DNA from: Stellaceae bacterium
Lineage (GTDB): Bacteria; Pseudomonadota; Alphaproteobacteria; ATCC43930; CGMCC-115725
DNA length: 46,236 bases
Assembly (NCBI GenBank): GCA_035272665.1
Contig: DATEQL010000441.1
Coordinates: 1 to 46,236 of the forward strand
Direction of reading: 5' to 3'
Under the pieces are notes generated by a model that had not been told where the DNA came from, made no database searches, and saw only the letters and a program-made list of their open reading frames with translations. Positions 18,223-31,762 of this stretch are shown in pieces; position 1 is the stretch's first letter; each line of letters starts with the position of its first letter. The translations under genes and the position numbers were made by a program.

Positions 18223-18809
18223 CCATTCTCACGGGCTTCGGCATCACGGCGACCGAGGATTTCACCCACCTTTTTGCCGCGCCGCGCCGCCACCGCGCGT
18301 GGGCTGGTCGCCCGGCCGAGCGCGACGAACGTCGCTTTGATCATGTTGTGCGGGTTAGGACTGCCGAGAGATTTGGCTACGACGTCGTGGACCCCGAGGG
18401 CTTCGAAGATAGCGCGCATCGGACCGCCCGCGATGATCCCGGTACCCGCTTTGGCGGTACGCACGATCACCCGGCCCGCGCCGTAACTGCTGATGATGTC
18501 GTGGTGCAATGTCCGCCCTTCACGCAGGGGGACGCGAATCATGCCGCGCCGCGCCTGCTCGGTCGCCTTGCGGATAGCTTCGGGAACCTCGCGCGCCTTG
18601 CCGGCGCCGTAGCCCACTCGACCTTTTTTGTCGCCGACGACGACGAGAGCGGCGAAGCCGAAGCGCCGGCCGCCCTTTACCACCTTGGCGACACGATTGA
18701 TGTTGACCAGCTTTTCGGTGAATTCGCTGTCTTCGCGCTCTCGCGTTTGGCGATCGCCATCGCCGCGCCCCCGCCGTTCACTCTGTGTGCGCGCCATCGT
18801 GCGTGCCAT
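18219..18809 (-). CDS. rpsE: 30S ribosomal protein S5
   Basis: The track ORF (to 19307) over-extends through rplR. I trimmed it to the ATG at 18807-18809: [14 protein letters not shown]...[31 protein letters not shown].... Confidence 0.95.
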   Translation of the reverse strand: MARTMARTQSERRGRGDGDRQTREREDSEFTEKLVNINRVAKVVKGGRRFGFAALVVVGDKKGRVGYGAGKAREVPEAIRKATEQARRGMIRVPLREGRTLHHDIISSYGAGRVIVRTAKAGTGIIAGGPMRAIFEALGVHDVVAKSLGSPNPHNMIKATFVALGRATSPRAVAARRGKKVGEILGRRDAEARENG

Positions 18810-18819
18810 GCTGACCCTT

Positions 18820-19185
18820 TCAGAAATCGAGACCGCTCTCGCGGGCGGCATCGGCCAGGGCTTTGACCCGGCCGTGAAACAGATAGGCGCCCCGATCAAA
18901 CACGACCCGCTCGACCCCCGCTGCCTTGGCCCGCTCGGCGATGAGCTTTCCGACGGCGCTCGCCGCGGCCACGTCGGCGCCATTCTTGAGGTTCGCCCTG
19001 AGGCCGCCATCGAGGCTCGAAGCCGCCGCGAGCGTGCGCCCGGCTGCGTCATCGATGATCTGCGCATAGATGTGTTTCGACGAGCGGAAAACCGAAAGGC
19101 GCGGCCGATTATTCGGCGCGCGCCGCAAATTGTTCCGGACCCGCTGGCGACGACGCAGGAAGAGGGCTTTGAATTTGTCCGACAT
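18820..19185 (-). CDS. rplR: 50S ribosomal protein L18
   Basis: 121 aa, ...[20 protein letters not shown]...[28 protein letters not shown]. Confidence 0.96.
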   Translation of the reverse strand: MSDKFKALFLRRRQRVRNNLRRAPNNRPRLSVFRSSKHIYAQIIDDAAGRTLAAASSLDGGLRANLKNGADVAAASAVGKLIAERAKAAGVERVVFDRGAYLFHGRVKALADAARESGLDF

Positions 19186-19191
19186 AGGGCG

Positions 19192-19725
19192 CTACTTCTT
19201 TTTACCTTCCTTCCGGCGAACGATCTCGGTTGCGTATTTGATACCCTTACCCTTGTAAGGTTCGGGTGGCCGATGGGCACGGATATCAGCCGCGATCTGA
19301 CCGACACGCTGGCGGTCGGCGCCGCTCACGGTGATGATCGTCGGCCTTTCGCAAGTAATCCTGACGTCACCGGGAATCGGAAACGGGATATCGTGACTAT
19401 AGCCGAGCTGTAGATTGAGGGTGTTGCCCTGGATCTGGGCGCGATACCCGACGCCCGTTATTTCGAGATTGATCGAAAAGCCCGTCGATACCCCGGTTAC
19501 CATGTTGTTAAGAAGTGCTCGCGTCGTTCCCCACATTGCGCGCGACTGCTTGGTGTCATTCTTGGGTCCGATCGTGACCGTGCCGTCGGCAATTGAGGCG
19601 TTGACCTCGTTGCTGACGGCGAGGCTCAGAGTGCCCAGTCTGCCCTTGGCGGTCAGCGTCTGACCGGAGAGCTGGACCTCGATATCACTCGGGATCCTCA
19701 CCGGATGCTTGCCAATGCGCGACAT
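19192..19725 (-). CDS. rplF: 50S ribosomal protein L6
   Basis: 177 aa, [28 protein letters not shown]...[11 protein letters not shown]. Confidence 0.96.
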   Translation of the reverse strand: MSRIGKHPVRIPSDIEVQLSGQTLTAKGRLGTLSLAVSNEVNASIADGTVTIGPKNDTKQSRAMWGTTRALLNNMVTGVSTGFSINLEITGVGYRAQIQGNTLNLQLGYSHDIPFPIPGDVRITCERPTIITVSGADRQRVGQIAADIRAHRPPEPYKGKGIKYATEIVRRKEGKKK

Positions 19726-19734
19726 CGCAACACC

Positions 19735-20133
19735 TCAAAATACGCGGCAGAGCACCTCGCCGCCAACCTTTGCGGCGCGGGCCTCGTTGTCAGACATCAC
19801 CCCCCTCGGGGTCGAGAGAATAGCGATCCCGAGTCCATTATAGATTCGGGGCAGGTCGGCAATCCGCGAATAGATGCGCCGGCCGGGCTTCGATACTCGC
19901 GCTATGTCGCGGATCACCGGCTCACCATCGACATATTTGAGTTCGATCTTGAGCTCAGCCACCCCGGGGCGGACATGCTCGTGAGTAAAGCCGCGAATGT
20001 AACCCTCGCGTCTCAACACGTCGAGCACATTGGCCCGGAACTTCGAGGCGGGTGCGGCGATAACGGCTTGACGAGCCCTCTGCCCGTTGCGGATCCGCGT
20101 CAGCATATCGCCGAGAGGGTCGCTCATCGTCAT
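19735..20133 (-). CDS. rpsH: 30S ribosomal protein S8
   Basis: 132 aa, MTMSDPLGDMLTRIRNGQRA.... Confidence 0.96.
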   Translation of the reverse strand: MTMSDPLGDMLTRIRNGQRARQAVIAAPASKFRANVLDVLRREGYIRGFTHEHVRPGVAELKIELKYVDGEPVIRDIARVSKPGRRIYSRIADLPRIYNGLGIAILSTPRGVMSDNEARAAKVGGEVLCRVF

Positions 20134-20145
20134 CGCCGGGCCCTC

Positions 20146-20451
20146 CTACCAGCTCGATTTGACCATGCCGGGAATTTGCCCGCAGGACGCGAGTTCGCGC
20201 AGCGCGATGCGCGACAACTTGAACTTCCGATAGTACCCCCGCGGGCGCCCGGTCATGGCGCAACGATTGCGCACTCGTGTTTGCGAGCCGTTGCGTGGTA
20301 GCTCGGCAAGCTTCAACTGCGCCGCAAACCGCTCTTCGGGCGGCGCATCCCGGTCGATCGCGATCGCCTTCAGCCGTGTGCGTTTTGCCGCGATGCGTTT
20401 GGCTAGCTTGCTCCGCCTGGCATTCTTCTCTATAGCGCTCTTCTTAGCCAT
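20146..20451 (-). CDS. rpsN: 30S ribosomal protein S14 (long form)
   Basis: 101 aa, [19 protein letters not shown]...[23 protein letters not shown]. Confidence 0.96.
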   Translation of the reverse strand: MAKKSAIEKNARRSKLAKRIAAKRTRLKAIAIDRDAPPEERFAAQLKLAELPRNGSQTRVRNRCAMTGRPRGYYRKFKLSRIALRELASCGQIPGMVKSSW

Positions 20452-20471
20452 TTGGCTGAACTCCCGGCCGA

Positions 20472-21017
20472 TTAATTGGCAAATGGCATGTCGAAACCCT
20501 TGAGAAGCGCCCTTGCTTCCGCATCGGTCCTTGCCGTCGTAACCACGATGACGTTCATCCCGCGCACCGCATCGACGCGGTCGTAGTCGATCTCGGGGAA
20601 GACGATCTGCTCCTTGAGGCCCAGCGCGAAATTACCCCGGCCGTCGAAGCTCTTGCCGGGGATACCGCGAAAGTCGCGCACTCGCGGCAGTGCTACCGTG
20701 ATCAGCCGGTCGAGGAACTCGTACATGCGCTGACCCCGCAACGTCACCTTGCATCCGATCGGCATGTCCTTGCGCAGCTTGAAGGTAGCGATCGACCGCT
20801 TGGCCTTGGTTATGACCGGATGCTGGCCAGTGATCGCTGTCAGATCGGTGGCGGCGGCGTCGGCCTTTTTGCTGTCCTGGACGGCCTCCCCGACACCCAT
20901 GTTGACGACGATCTTCTCAAGACGCGGCACCTGCATCGAGTTCTTGTAGCCAAATTCCTGCATCAGTGCCGGACGCACGGTTGTCTGGTAAAGCTCCTGC
21001 AAGCGGGTCGCGGCCAT
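20472..21017 (-). CDS. rplE: 50S ribosomal protein L5
   Basis: 181 aa, ...[25 protein letters not shown].... Confidence 0.96.
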   Translation of the reverse strand: MAATRLQELYQTTVRPALMQEFGYKNSMQVPRLEKIVVNMGVGEAVQDSKKADAAATDLTAITGQHPVITKAKRSIATFKLRKDMPIGCKVTLRGQRMYEFLDRLITVALPRVRDFRGIPGKSFDGRGNFALGLKEQIVFPEIDYDRVDAVRGMNVIVVTTARTDAEARALLKGFDMPFAN

Positions 21018-21021
21018 TTAC

Positions 21022-21342
21022 TCACCTGTCGATGATTTCGCCGGAGCGGCGGGCAAACCGAACCTTGTGTCCGTCATCGAGATACTTGTAGCCGATCCGG
21101 GTCGGCTTTCTCGATTGCGGATCGATTTGCGCGACGTTGGAGATGTGAATCGCCAGCTCTTTCTCGACGATGCCGCCGGGATCACCCATGCGCGGCCGAG
21201 TATGGCGCTTGGCCACGTTGACCCCCTGCACGATGACACGCGACTCAGCAGGCAGAACGCGAAGCACTTCACCCGTTTTGCCCTTGTCACGTCCGGTGAT
21301 GACGACGACATTGTCGCCCTTTTTGATCTTCAGCTTTGGCAT
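21022..21342 (-). CDS. rplX: 50S ribosomal protein L24
   Basis: Trimmed to the ATG at 21340-21342: [29 protein letters not shown].... The track start 21363 is a GTG overlapping rplN. Confidence 0.93.
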   Translation of the reverse strand: MPKLKIKKGDNVVVITGRDKGKTGEVLRVLPAESRVIVQGVNVAKRHTRPRMGDPGGIVEKELAIHISNVAQIDPQSRKPTRIGYKYLDDGHKVRFARRSGEIIDR

Positions 21343-21359
21343 GGTTTCGCTCTGTCGGC

Positions 21360-21728
21360 TCACAGCACCTCAGGCGCAAGGGACACGATTTTCATGAATC
21401 TGCGCGCGCGCAACTCACGGGTGACGGGGCCGAAAATCCGTGTGCCGATCGGCTCACCCTGATGCGTGATCAGCACTGCTGCATTACGATCAAAGCGGAT
21501 CGCACTGCCATCGGTACGGCGTATCTCTTTTGCGGTGCGCACGATGACCGCGCGATGTACGTCGCCCTTCTTGACCCGGCCGCGGGGGATCGCCTCTTTG
21601 ACTGAGACGATGATCACGTCGCCAACCGTTGCCGTCTTGCGCTTAGATCCGCCCAACACCTTGATGCACTGTACCCGGCGTGCGCCTGAGTTGTCAGCGA
21701 CGTCGAGGTTCGTCTGCATCTGAATCAT
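21360..21728 (-). CDS. rplN: 50S ribosomal protein L14
   Basis: 122 aa, [31 protein letters not shown].... Confidence 0.97.
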   Translation of the reverse strand: MIQMQTNLDVADNSGARRVQCIKVLGGSKRKTATVGDVIIVSVKEAIPRGRVKKGDVHRAVIVRTAKEIRRTDGSAIRFDRNAAVLITHQGEPIGTRIFGPVTRELRARRFMKIVSLAPEVL

Positions 21729-22057
21729 GCGGTGTCTCCCCCAGGCCCGACCACGCGATCCACGGCATCATCGGCGATCGGCGGCGCCCCACCGGCAGGA
21801 TGTGCGGCGCTGCGGCCGGCAGCCCCGGGACCGCCCAGCACTACCCAGTGCTTGCGTTTTGAAATCGGCCGGCTTTCCTCGATTTGGACAGCGTCGCCAG
21901 CGCGGAACTTGTTGTGTTCGTCATGCGCCGCAAATTTCTTCGAGTGCGTGATAAACTTCTTGTACACGGGGTGCATCACCCGCCGCTCGACCCGCACGAT
22001 CACCGTCTTGTCGCAGGCATCGCTGACAACGATCCCCTGCAGGACTCGTTTGGACAT
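21725..22057 (-). CDS. rpsQ: 30S ribosomal protein S17 with a C-terminal extension of about 35 aa
   Basis: 110 aa. The S17 core is [35 protein letters not shown]...[11 protein letters not shown]. It is followed by [37 protein letters not shown], and the stop overlaps the rplN ATG. Confidence 0.9.
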   Translation of the reverse strand: MSKRVLQGIVVSDACDKTVIVRVERRVMHPVYKKFITHSKKFAAHDEHNKFRAGDAVQIEESRPISKRKHWVVLGGPGAAGRSAAHPAGGAPPIADDAVDRVVGPGGDTA

Positions 22058-22069
22058 CTCAGCTCACCT

Positions 22070-22267
22070 CTAGGACGCCTGGCGGCGCCGCTCGCCCAAC
22101 ACTGTCTTTACGCGGGCGATGTCGCGCCGTACCTGCCGCACCCGAGCGGTATTCTCTAGCTGCCCGTTCGCCCGCTGGAAGCGCAGGTTGAAGATTTCTC
22201 TCCCGAGAGTGTCGAGTTGTTCGGTCAGCTCATCATCGGTCTTGGCCCGCACGTCGGCCGCGTTCAT
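22070..22267 (-). CDS. rpmC: 50S ribosomal protein L29
   Basis: Trimmed to the ATG at 22265-22267: [31 protein letters not shown].... The start overlaps the rplP stop by 1 nt. Confidence 0.94.
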   Translation of the reverse strand: MNAADVRAKTDDELTEQLDTLGREIFNLRFQRANGQLENTARVRQVRRDIARVKTVLGERRRQAS

Positions 22268-22689
22268 CAGACGACCTCCTCGCCCTGGCGCACCACGAGA
22301 CGGGTTGCAACTGGCAGCTTGGCGGCGGCGAGCGCAAATGCCTCGCGCGCGATATTCGGAGGAACCCCGTCGAGCTCGAACATGATGCGTCCAGGCTTGA
22401 TCCGGCACACCCAGAATTCGGGCGAACCCTTACCACTGCCCATACGAACTTCGGCCGGCTTCTGCGAAACCGGCACATCCGGGAAGATACGGATCCAAAC
22501 CCGACCGGCGCGGCGTATATGGCGAGTAATCGCGCGGCGCGCCGCCTCGATCTGACGCGCCGTGATCCGGCCCGGGTCTGCAGCCTTGAGCCCGTAGGCG
22601 CCGAAATTCAGCGTCGTCCCGCCTTTGGCAAAACCGTGTACGCGGCCCTTGTGCGCTTTGCGATATTTGCTTCGCTTCGGACTTAGCAT
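22267..22689 (-). CDS. rplP: 50S ribosomal protein L16
   Basis: 140 aa, [36 protein letters not shown].... Confidence 0.97.
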   Translation of the reverse strand: MLSPKRSKYRKAHKGRVHGFAKGGTTLNFGAYGLKAADPGRITARQIEAARRAITRHIRRAGRVWIRIFPDVPVSQKPAEVRMGSGKGSPEFWVCRIKPGRIMFELDGVPPNIAREAFALAAAKLPVATRLVVRQGEEVV

Positions 22690-22696
22690 GATTGCG

Positions 22697-23404
22697 TCAT
22701 CCCAGCGCTTCGCGCCGGCCGCGCTCTTGGCCCCCCGGCTGTCCCTCCGTCATACGCCTTTCCTGCGCCATCGGGTCGTGGGAAAGGATCTCGCCCTTGA
22801 ACACCCAGACTTTGACGCCGCACACGCCGTAAGTCGTCTTCGCGGTGCCGTACCCGAAATCGACATCGGCGCGCAGGGTGTGCAGGGGCACCCGGCCCTC
22901 TCGATACCACTCCATGCGGGCGATCTCGGCCCCGCCCAGCCTGCCGGAGCAGTTAATCCGGATGCCCTGTGCGCCCAGTCGCATCGCCGACTGCACCGCG
23001 CGCTTCATTGCCCGGCGAAATGCGACGCGGCGCTCGAGCTGCTGTGCGATGCCGTCGGCGATTAGCTTCGCTTCGATCTCGGGCTTGCGGATCTCGACAA
23101 TGTTGAGGCTGACCTCGCTGTTGGTGAGCTTGGCAATGTCGGTGCGCAGCTTCTCGATGTCAGCGCCCTTCTTGCCGATTACGACACCCGGTCGCGCCGA
23201 ATGAAGCGTGATCCGTGTCCTCTTGGCGGCGCGCTCGATGACGACGCGGGACACGCCCGCTTGGGTCAGCCGCTGATGTAAAAACTTGCGCAGGCCCAGA
23301 TCATCGAGCAACAGGTTGCCGTACTCTTTACGCGCGAACCACCGCGAATCCCAGGTGCGATTGATGCCGAGCCGAAGCCCGATCGGATTTACCTTCTGAC
23401 CCAT
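22697..23404 (-). CDS. rpsC: 30S ribosomal protein S3
   Basis: 235 aa, [24 protein letters not shown].... Confidence 0.97.
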   Translation of the reverse strand: MGQKVNPIGLRLGINRTWDSRWFARKEYGNLLLDDLGLRKFLHQRLTQAGVSRVVIERAAKRTRITLHSARPGVVIGKKGADIEKLRTDIAKLTNSEVSLNIVEIRKPEIEAKLIADGIAQQLERRVAFRRAMKRAVQSAMRLGAQGIRINCSGRLGGAEIARMEWYREGRVPLHTLRADVDFGYGTAKTTYGVCGVKVWVFKGEILSHDPMAQERRMTEGQPGGQERGRREALG

Positions 23405-23787
23405 TAGGTACTCTCCTCCGCACGCTCGCGGACGATCACCGTGAGATGCGCGAAATGCTTTTCGACCCGTGCCGATCGGCCGCGGCCGCGAGTGTGAAAC
23501 CGCTTCAACACAAAAGCACGACCGACTGTGGCCTCCTTGACGTAGAGGCGGTCGACATCGAGCTGGTGGTTGTTCTCAGCGTTGGCGATCGCCGCCTGCA
23601 ACACCTTCTTGACGTCGCGCGCGATGCGGCGGTGCAGGAAGGTGAGTTCGGCCAGCGCCGAGGCGGCGCTTTTGCCGCGAATCGTTTGGGCCACTAGGTT
23701 GAGCTTGCGCGGGCTGATGCGCAGCCCACGAAGACAGGCCTGGGCCTCGGTCTCTTCGAGGCGACGTGACCCAGCTGGCTTGCCCAT
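23404..23787 (-). CDS. rplV: 50S ribosomal protein L22
   Basis: Trimmed to the ATG at 23785-23787: [38 protein letters not shown].... Confidence 0.94.
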   Translation of the reverse strand: MGKPAGSRRLEETEAQACLRGLRISPRKLNLVAQTIRGKSAASALAELTFLHRRIARDVKKVLQAAIANAENNHQLDVDRLYVKEATVGRAFVLKRFHTRGRGRSARVEKHFAHLTVIVRERAEEST

Positions 23788-23788
23788 C

Positions 23789-24067
23789 TCAGCCCCTTCG
23801 CGCCCGCTTGTCGCCGGCATGGCCGTAAAAGGTCCGGGTCGGCGCAAACTCACCGAGCTTGTGGCCGATCATATTCTCGGTGACCAGCACCGGGATGAAC
23901 TTGTGGCCATTATAGACACCGAAGGTGAGCCCGACGAACTGCGGAAAGATCGTCGACCGGCGCGACCACGTTCTGATCACCTGGTTGCGTCCGGACCGGC
24001 GCGCTTCATCCGCCTTTTTGAGAAGGTAACCGTCGACAAACGGCCCCTTCCAGACCGAGCGTGCCAA
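23789..24067 (-). CDS. rpsS: 30S ribosomal protein S19
   Basis: 92 aa, [18 protein letters not shown].... TTG start codon (24065-24067) with a GGGGGAA Shine-Dalgarno. Confidence 0.96.
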   Translation of the reverse strand: MARSVWKGPFVDGYLLKKADEARRSGRNQVIRTWSRRSTIFPQFVGLTFGVYNGHKFIPVLVTENMIGHKLGEFAPTRTFYGHAGDKRARRG

Positions 24068-24287
24068 GCTATTCCCCCGTCCAACGGACGCTAGCGATCG
24101 AGGCGGATCGCCGGCGCAGAGGATTGATCCCTCTCGTCGTCTCAGCGGAGGACAGGACCCATGATCGACACTGACCCTGACCGGAGCTTGTCTTCGCGCC
24201 GGCCAGAGGCCGGACCGGCGCCCCGGTGTGACAAGATGGGTCCCCGACCATCGAATCTGTCCGATAAGAGAAGGTCATTACGGGAAG

Positions 24288-25115
24288 CTAACGCTTGCGG
24301 CGGCGCCGGACGATCAGCCGGTCCGTCGCCTTGTTGTGCCGGGTCTTCTTGCCCTTGGTCGGCTTGCCCCAGGGCGTGACCGGATGGCGACCTCCCGAAG
24401 TGCGGCCTTCGCCGCCGCCATGCGGATGGTCAATGGGGTTCATTGCCACACCACGCACTGAAGGACGGCGACCCAACCATCTGTTGCGACCCGCCTTGCC
24501 GATGACAATGTTCTGCTGATCCGGGTTCGAAACGGCACCGATCGTCGCCCGGCACTCGGCGCGGACCATGCGCAGCTCGCCCGAGGACAGTCGTAGCAGT
24601 GCATAACCCTGGTCGCGGCCGACGAGCTGGGCGTAGGTTCCAGCCGCGCGCGCAATTTGTCCGCCTTTGCCGGCTTTCATCTCGACATTGTGGATGATCG
24701 TTCCGACCGGCATGCTGCGCATGGGCATCGTGTTCCCAGGCTTGACATCGACCCTCTCGCCCGAGACGACCGTGTCTCCCGGCCTAAGGCGTTGCGGTGC
24801 GAGAATGTAGGCGAGTTCGCCGTCTTGGTAACGGATCAGAGCGATGAAAGCGGTTCGGTTGGGATCGTACTCAAGACGCTCGACGGTCGCGGGGATATCG
24901 AGCTTAGCACGCTTGAAATCGACGGTCCGAAAGCGCCTCTTGTTGCCGCCGCCGCGCCAACGCATGGTGATCCGGCCCGTGTTATTGCGGCCGCCCTTGC
25001 CGCGGAGGCCTTCGGTCAACGCCTTGACCGGCCTGCCCTTCCACAGCTCGCTGCGGTCGACGATGACGAGCTGCCGTCGCGAGGGTGTCGTCGGGTTAAA
25101 TGTCTTCAATGCCAT
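24288..25115 (-). CDS. rplB: 50S ribosomal protein L2
   Basis: 275 aa, [27 protein letters not shown]...[25 protein letters not shown]. Confidence 0.97.
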   Translation of the reverse strand: MALKTFNPTTPSRRQLVIVDRSELWKGRPVKALTEGLRGKGGRNNTGRITMRWRGGGNKRRFRTVDFKRAKLDIPATVERLEYDPNRTAFIALIRYQDGELAYILAPQRLRPGDTVVSGERVDVKPGNTMPMRSMPVGTIIHNVEMKAGKGGQIARAAGTYAQLVGRDQGYALLRLSSGELRMVRAECRATIGAVSNPDQQNIVIGKAGRNRWLGRRPSVRGVAMNPIDHPHGGGEGRTSGGRHPVTPWGKPTKGKKTRHNKATDRLIVRRRRKR

Positions 25116-25119
25116 CGCA

Positions 25120-25452
25120 TCAGATCCCCGTCGTCACGTCGATCCGTTGACCCTCGGCGAGGGTCACGATCGCCTTCTTGAAGTCCGGACGCCGCCCGAT
25201 GCGGCCGCGAAAACGCTTCAGCTTGCCTTGGACCCGGATCGTATTGACCGCAGTCACCTTGACGTTGAACAGCCCCTCGACCGCGGCCTTGACCTCACGC
25301 TTGCTGGCGGTCAGCGGCACGCGAAAGATCACCTGCTTGTGTTCTGAGGCATTCGTTGCCTTTTCGGTGATCACCGGGGCACGAACGATGTCGTACATCT
25401 GTTGCCGTGTGAGCGTCCTCACGACACGCGGGATGACGCGAAACCGGCTCAT
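25120..25452 (-). CDS. rplW: 50S ribosomal protein L23
   Basis: 110 aa, ...[27 protein letters not shown].... The ATG overlaps the rplD TGA. An internal start at M19 (25398) cannot be excluded. Confidence 0.92.
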   Translation of the reverse strand: MSRFRVIPRVVRTLTRQQMYDIVRAPVITEKATNASEHKQVIFRVPLTASKREVKAAVEGLFNVKVTAVNTIRVQGKLKRFRGRIGRRPDFKKAIVTLAEGQRIDVTTGI

Positions 25453-26069
25453 TTGAGGCGAGTCTCAAGATGGCGCACCGCCTCGCGTGTGAGGACCAGC
25501 GTATCACGGCGCAGGATGTCATAGACATTTGCACCCTGCTGCGGCAATACGTCGACGCGCGGCAGATTGCGGGCGGCACGCGCGAGACCCTCGTCGACGA
25601 CCGTCCCGTCGATGATCAACACCGAGTCCCAGCCGAGTGTTGCGAGCCTTGCCCGCAACACCTTGGTTTTGGCCTCGGTGAGATGGGCGGCATCGATTAC
25701 CACGAGCTTGCCCTCGTCTTGCTTGGCCGAAAGCGCGATCTTGAGGCCTAGTCGGCGCACCTTTTTCTGCAGATCGAATGCGTGCGAGCGCACCACCGGC
25801 CCGAAGATCCGCGCACCGCCACGGAACTGCGGCGAGCGCAGGCTGCCCTGGCGGGCGCGGCCGGTACCCTTCTGCTTGTAAGGTTTCTTGGTCGTTCCGC
25901 GGATCTCGCTGATCCCCTTTGCCTTGTGGGTGCCCGCGCGGCGTTTTGCCAATTGCCAATTGACGACGCGGGCGAGGATGTCGCGGCGGATGGGAACCCC
26001 GAAAACCTCGTCGGCGAGTTCGATGTCCCCGACCTCCTCGTTGTTGAGGTTGCGCACGATCAGCTTCAT
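25449..26069 (-). CDS. rplD: 50S ribosomal protein L4
   Basis: 206 aa, ...[43 protein letters not shown].... Confidence 0.97.
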   Translation of the reverse strand: MKLIVRNLNNEEVGDIELADEVFGVPIRRDILARVVNWQLAKRRAGTHKAKGISEIRGTTKKPYKQKGTGRARQGSLRSPQFRGGARIFGPVVRSHAFDLQKKVRRLGLKIALSAKQDEGKLVVIDAAHLTEAKTKVLRARLATLGWDSVLIIDGTVVDEGLARAARNLPRVDVLPQQGANVYDILRRDTLVLTREAVRHLETRLK

Positions 26070-26782
26070 TGGGAGGCTTCTGCCTCCGGGCTCTCCGCCG
26101 GTAATGGTCCGCCCCGCAAGGCTGCCGGAAACGGCAGCCCGTCCGGTGCTTTGCGCTTGGCGGCATCCTTGACGAGCACGTAACCGCCGGTGCTGCCCGG
26201 CACCGAACCCTTGATCATCAGGACCCCGCGCTCGGCATCGGCCGATATCACCTCGACGCTTTGAGTGGTCACCCGGACGGCACCGAGATGACCCGCCATC
26301 TTCTTGTTCTTGAAGGTCTTGCCGGGGGATTGGCGCTGGCCGGTCGAACCGTGGCTGCGATGCGAGACAGAGACGCCGTGACTGGCGCCCAGTCCGGCAA
26401 AATTATGCCGCTTCATCGCGCCGGCAAAACCCTTGCCGATGGAGACACCGATGACGTCGACGTATTGGCCGGGGAGAAAATGCGCTGCAGTGATCTCCGC
26501 GCCGACTTCCAGCAATGCATCCTCAGAAATGCGAAACTCGGCAAGACGAGCTTTCGGCTCTACCTTCGCCTTGGCGAAGTGGCCGCGTTGCGGCTTTGTG
26601 ACGTTCTTAATCCTCGCGGCGCCGACGCCCAGCTGTAGTGCCGTGTAACCGTCTCTGTCCCGGGTGCGCACGGCAACCACCTGGCAGTTATCGATCTTGA
26701 GCACCGTCACCGGGACATGATTTCCCTCGGCAGCAAAGACGCGAGTCATGCCCAGCTTCTGCGCGAGGAGGCCGGTGCGCAT
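26066..26782 (-). CDS. rplC: 50S ribosomal protein L3
   Basis: Trimmed to the ATG at 26780-26782: [36 protein letters not shown].... Confidence 0.95.
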   Translation of the reverse strand: MRTGLLAQKLGMTRVFAAEGNHVPVTVLKIDNCQVVAVRTRDRDGYTALQLGVGAARIKNVTKPQRGHFAKAKVEPKARLAEFRISEDALLEVGAEITAAHFLPGQYVDVIGVSIGKGFAGAMKRHNFAGLGASHGVSVSHRSHGSTGQRQSPGKTFKNKKMAGHLGAVRVTTQSVEVISADAERGVLMIKGSVPGSTGGYVLVKDAAKRKAPDGLPFPAALRGGPLPAESPEAEASQ

Positions 26783-26941
26783 CGCGCTATCTTCTGCCTT
26801 GCTTCCCACGGCCGGATTTGTTCTGGCCACCCACGTCTCCGCCGAGCTCTCCACCGGGTGGGCAAAAGGCGAGGATGGCCGGGCGACTCCTGGCCAAGGG
26901 GGATCGAGGCTTGTACGAGCGCTCCATATCAGGCCGGGACA

Positions 26942-27259
26942 TCACAGTTTGATCTCGACATCGACGCCGGCGGCAAGATCGAGCTTCATCAGCGCGTCGA
27001 CGGTCTGCGGTGTGGGGTCGACGATGTCGAGCACGCGCTTATGAGTTCGGATCTCGAATTGTTCGCGCGACTTCTTGTCGACGTGCGGCGAGCGCAGCAC
27101 GGTGAATTTCTCGATCTTGGTCGGTAGCGGGATTGGACCGCGCACTCGCGCCCCGGTCCGCTTGGCCGTATTGACGATCTCACTGGTCGACTGATCGAGC
27201 ACCCGATGATCGTAAGCTCGCAGGCGAATGCGGATATTCTGGTTGTCGGCGGCCATCAA
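26942..27259 (-). CDS. rpsJ: 30S ribosomal protein S10
   Basis: 105 aa, ...[40 protein letters not shown].... Confidence 0.97.
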   Translation of the reverse strand: MMAADNQNIRIRLRAYDHRVLDQSTSEIVNTAKRTGARVRGPIPLPTKIEKFTVLRSPHVDKKSREQFEIRTHKRVLDIVDPTPQTVDALMKLDLAAGVDVEIKL

Positions 27260-27297
27260 CGTCTTCCGGTTTCCGAGCGGGCGGGAGGCCCGCCTCC

Positions 27298-28488
27298 CTA
27301 TTTGATGATTTTGGCGACGACGCCGGCGCCGACGGTTCGGCCGCCCTCGCGGATCGCAAAGCGCAGCCCCTCATCCATCGCGATCGGCGCGATCAGCTCG
27401 ATCTCCATCGACACGTTGTCGCCCGGCATAACCATCTCGGTGCCCTCCGGCAGGTGCACCGTGCCGGTCACATCGGTCGTGCGGAAATAGAACTGCGGCC
27501 GGTAGTTGCCAAAAAACGGCGTGTGCCGGCCGCCCTCCTCCTTGGTCAGAATATAGGCCTCGCACTGAAACCGGGTATGCGGCGTGATCGAACCCGGTGC
27601 GGCCAACACCTGGCCGCGCTCGACCTCCTCGCGCTTGGTGCCGCGTAAGAGCGCCCCGATGTTGTCGCCCGCCTCGCCCTGGTCCAACAGCTTGCGGAAC
27701 ATCTCCACTCCGGTCACTACCGTCTTGGCGGTCGGCCGCAGCCCGACGATCTCCACCTCGTCGCCGACCTTGATCACCCCCCGCTCGACCCGCCCGGTCA
27801 CCACCGTGCCTCGCCCCGAGATCGTGAATACGTCCTCGATCGGCATCAAAAACGGCCTGTCCTTGGCCCGCTCCGGCTGCGGAATGTAGCTGTCCACCGC
27901 TTCCATCAGCGCGATGATCGAGGCATGACCCTGCTCCGGGTTGCGCCCCTCCAGGGCAGACAACGCCGAGCCCCGCACCACCGGGAGGTCGTCCCCGGGG
28001 AAGCCATAGGACGACATCAGCTCGCGCATCTCCAGCTCGACCAGATCCAACAGTTCCGGATCGTCGACCATGTCGATCTTGTTCATGTACACCACCAAGG
28101 ACGGCACCCCAACCTGGCGCGCCAGCAGGATGTGCTCGCGCGTCTGCGGCATCGGCCCGTCCGCCGCCGACACCACCAGGATCGCGCCATCCATCTGCGC
28201 CGCCCCGGTGATCATGTTCTTGATGTAGTCGGCATGCCCCGGACAATCGACATGCGCATAGTGCCGGTTGGCCGTCTCATATTCGACATGCGCCGTGGCA
28301 ATCGTGATCCCCCGCGCCCGCTCCTCCGGCGCCTTGTCGATCTGGTCAAACGGCACAAACGTTGCCCCGCCGCTCTCCGCCAACACCTTGGTGATGGCCG
28401 CCGTCAACGTCGTCTTGCCATGGTCGATGTGACCAATCGTCCCGATGTTGCAATGCGGCTTCGTCCGCTGAAACTTCGCCTTCGACAT
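27298..28488 (-). CDS. tuf: elongation factor Tu (the only intact copy in the window)
   Basis: 396 aa, [34 protein letters not shown]...; it follows fusA in the str operon. Confidence 0.98.
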   Translation of the reverse strand: MSKAKFQRTKPHCNIGTIGHIDHGKTTLTAAITKVLAESGGATFVPFDQIDKAPEERARGITIATAHVEYETANRHYAHVDCPGHADYIKNMITGAAQMDGAILVVSAADGPMPQTREHILLARQVGVPSLVVYMNKIDMVDDPELLDLVELEMRELMSSYGFPGDDLPVVRGSALSALEGRNPEQGHASIIALMEAVDSYIPQPERAKDRPFLMPIEDVFTISGRGTVVTGRVERGVIKVGDEVEIVGLRPTAKTVVTGVEMFRKLLDQGEAGDNIGALLRGTKREEVERGQVLAAPGSITPHTRFQCEAYILTKEEGGRHTPFFGNYRPQFYFRTTDVTGTVHLPEGTEMVMPGDNVSMEIELIAPIAMDEGLRFAIREGGRTVGAGVVAKIIK

Positions 28489-28524
28489 CGTCCTTCTCCG
28501 CTCAATTCAGCGCTTGCGGGATCA

Positions 28525-30600
<2,076 letters not shown>

Positions 30601-30674
30601 GAGAAAAGCTCCGACGGCGCCGCCCGCAAGCGGTGCCTTGAAGGAAAACCTGAACCGGCCGTCCTCTGCGGTGT

Positions 30675-31145
30675 CTACCAGCGATAGTGCGAGAAGGCTT
30701 TGTTGGCGTCGGCCATGCGGTGCGTGTCCTCTCGCCGCTTAACCGCGACACCGCGGTTATTGGAGGCGTCGAGGAGTTCACCCGAAAGCCGCTCTTCCAT
30801 CGTGTTCTCGGAGCGGCCGCGGGAGCTTGAGATCAGCCAACGGATCGCCAACGCTTGGCTGCGGTCGGCGCGAACCTCGACCGGTACCTGGTAGGTGGCA
30901 CCGCCGACACGGCGCGAGCGCACCTCGACGGCGGGACGCACGTTGTCGAGCGCGTCGTGGAACACCCGCAACGGATCCTGACCGGCGCGCTTGGCGACGC
31001 GGTCCAGAGCACCATAGACGATTCGCTCGGCAACCGACTTCTTACCCTCGTACATCAAGCAGTTCATGAACTTGGTCAAGACAGCGTCGCCGAACTTGGC
31101 GTCCGGCAGGACCTCGCGTTTGACCGCGGCGCGACGGCGCGACAT
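30675..31145 (-). CDS. rpsG: 30S ribosomal protein S7
   Basis: 156 aa, [40 protein letters not shown].... Confidence 0.97.
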   Translation of the reverse strand: MSRRRAAVKREVLPDAKFGDAVLTKFMNCLMYEGKKSVAERIVYGALDRVAKRAGQDPLRVFHDALDNVRPAVEVRSRRVGGATYQVPVEVRADRSQALAIRWLISSSRGRSENTMEERLSGELLDASNNRGVAVKRREDTHRMADANKAFSHYRW

Positions 31146-31156
31146 GACGTTTTCCT

Positions 31157-31528
31157 TTACTTCGGACGCTTGGCGCCGTACTTCGAACGGCGCTGACGGC
31201 GATCTTTGACCCCTTGGGTGTCGAGAGTGCCGCGGATGATGTGGTAGCGCACGCCCGGCAGATCCTTGACCCGGCCACCCCGAATCAGCACAACCGAGTG
31301 TTCCTGCAGGTTGTGACCCTCGCCGGGGATGTAGCTCGTCACCTCATAACCGTTGGTCAAGCGCACGCGCGCGACTTTTCGCAGAGCGGAATTCGGCTTT
31401 TTGGGCGTGGTTGTGTAGACGCGCGTGCACACCCCGCGCTTCTGCGGGCAAGCCTCCATCGCCGGCACCTTGTTGCGGGCCACCTGCCATCTCCGCGGAC
31501 TGCGGATGAGCTGGTTTATCGTCGGCAT
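31157..31528 (-). CDS. rpsL: 30S ribosomal protein S12
   Basis: Trimmed from the TTG track start (31534) to the ATG at 31526-31528: [13 protein letters not shown]...[19 protein letters not shown].... Confidence 0.96.
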   Translation of the reverse strand: MPTINQLIRSPRRWQVARNKVPAMEACPQKRGVCTRVYTTTPKKPNSALRKVARVRLTNGYEVTSYIPGEGHNLQEHSVVLIRGGRVKDLPGVRYHIIRGTLDTQGVKDRRQRRSKYGAKRPK

Positions 31529-31762
31529 GGTCAAAACCTTTTCAAACGAAACAACCGCCCGACGCCTATGCCACGCCGGAGCGGTGGAGAGCCTCTATCC
31601 GACTTTTAACGCGCCCTCTCGCAAGAGCGCCGAGCCATATGCTGACAACAGAGCTGCGTCTAGGTGGCTTCCTACGGCCAGCCCCGAACAGAAACAGTAT
31701 TAGTAATCACGCAGGCGCGTCGGGTCAAGCCCCACGCCAGGTGTCATCCCGACCGCTGCCCG

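Noticed and set aside
24069-24278. 69-aa minus-strand ORF filling the rplB-rpsS spacer.
   Set aside because: It has no Shine-Dalgarno and a composition typical of translated GC-rich structured spacer. It coincides with the nested hairpins, so I treat it as RNA or repeat rather than CDS. This remains unproven.
26783-26941. Unusually long (159-nt) rpsJ-rplC spacer.
   Set aside because: I found only imperfect complementarity (gcccaccc...gggtggc) and no repeat or ORF. The evidence is insufficient to call a feature.
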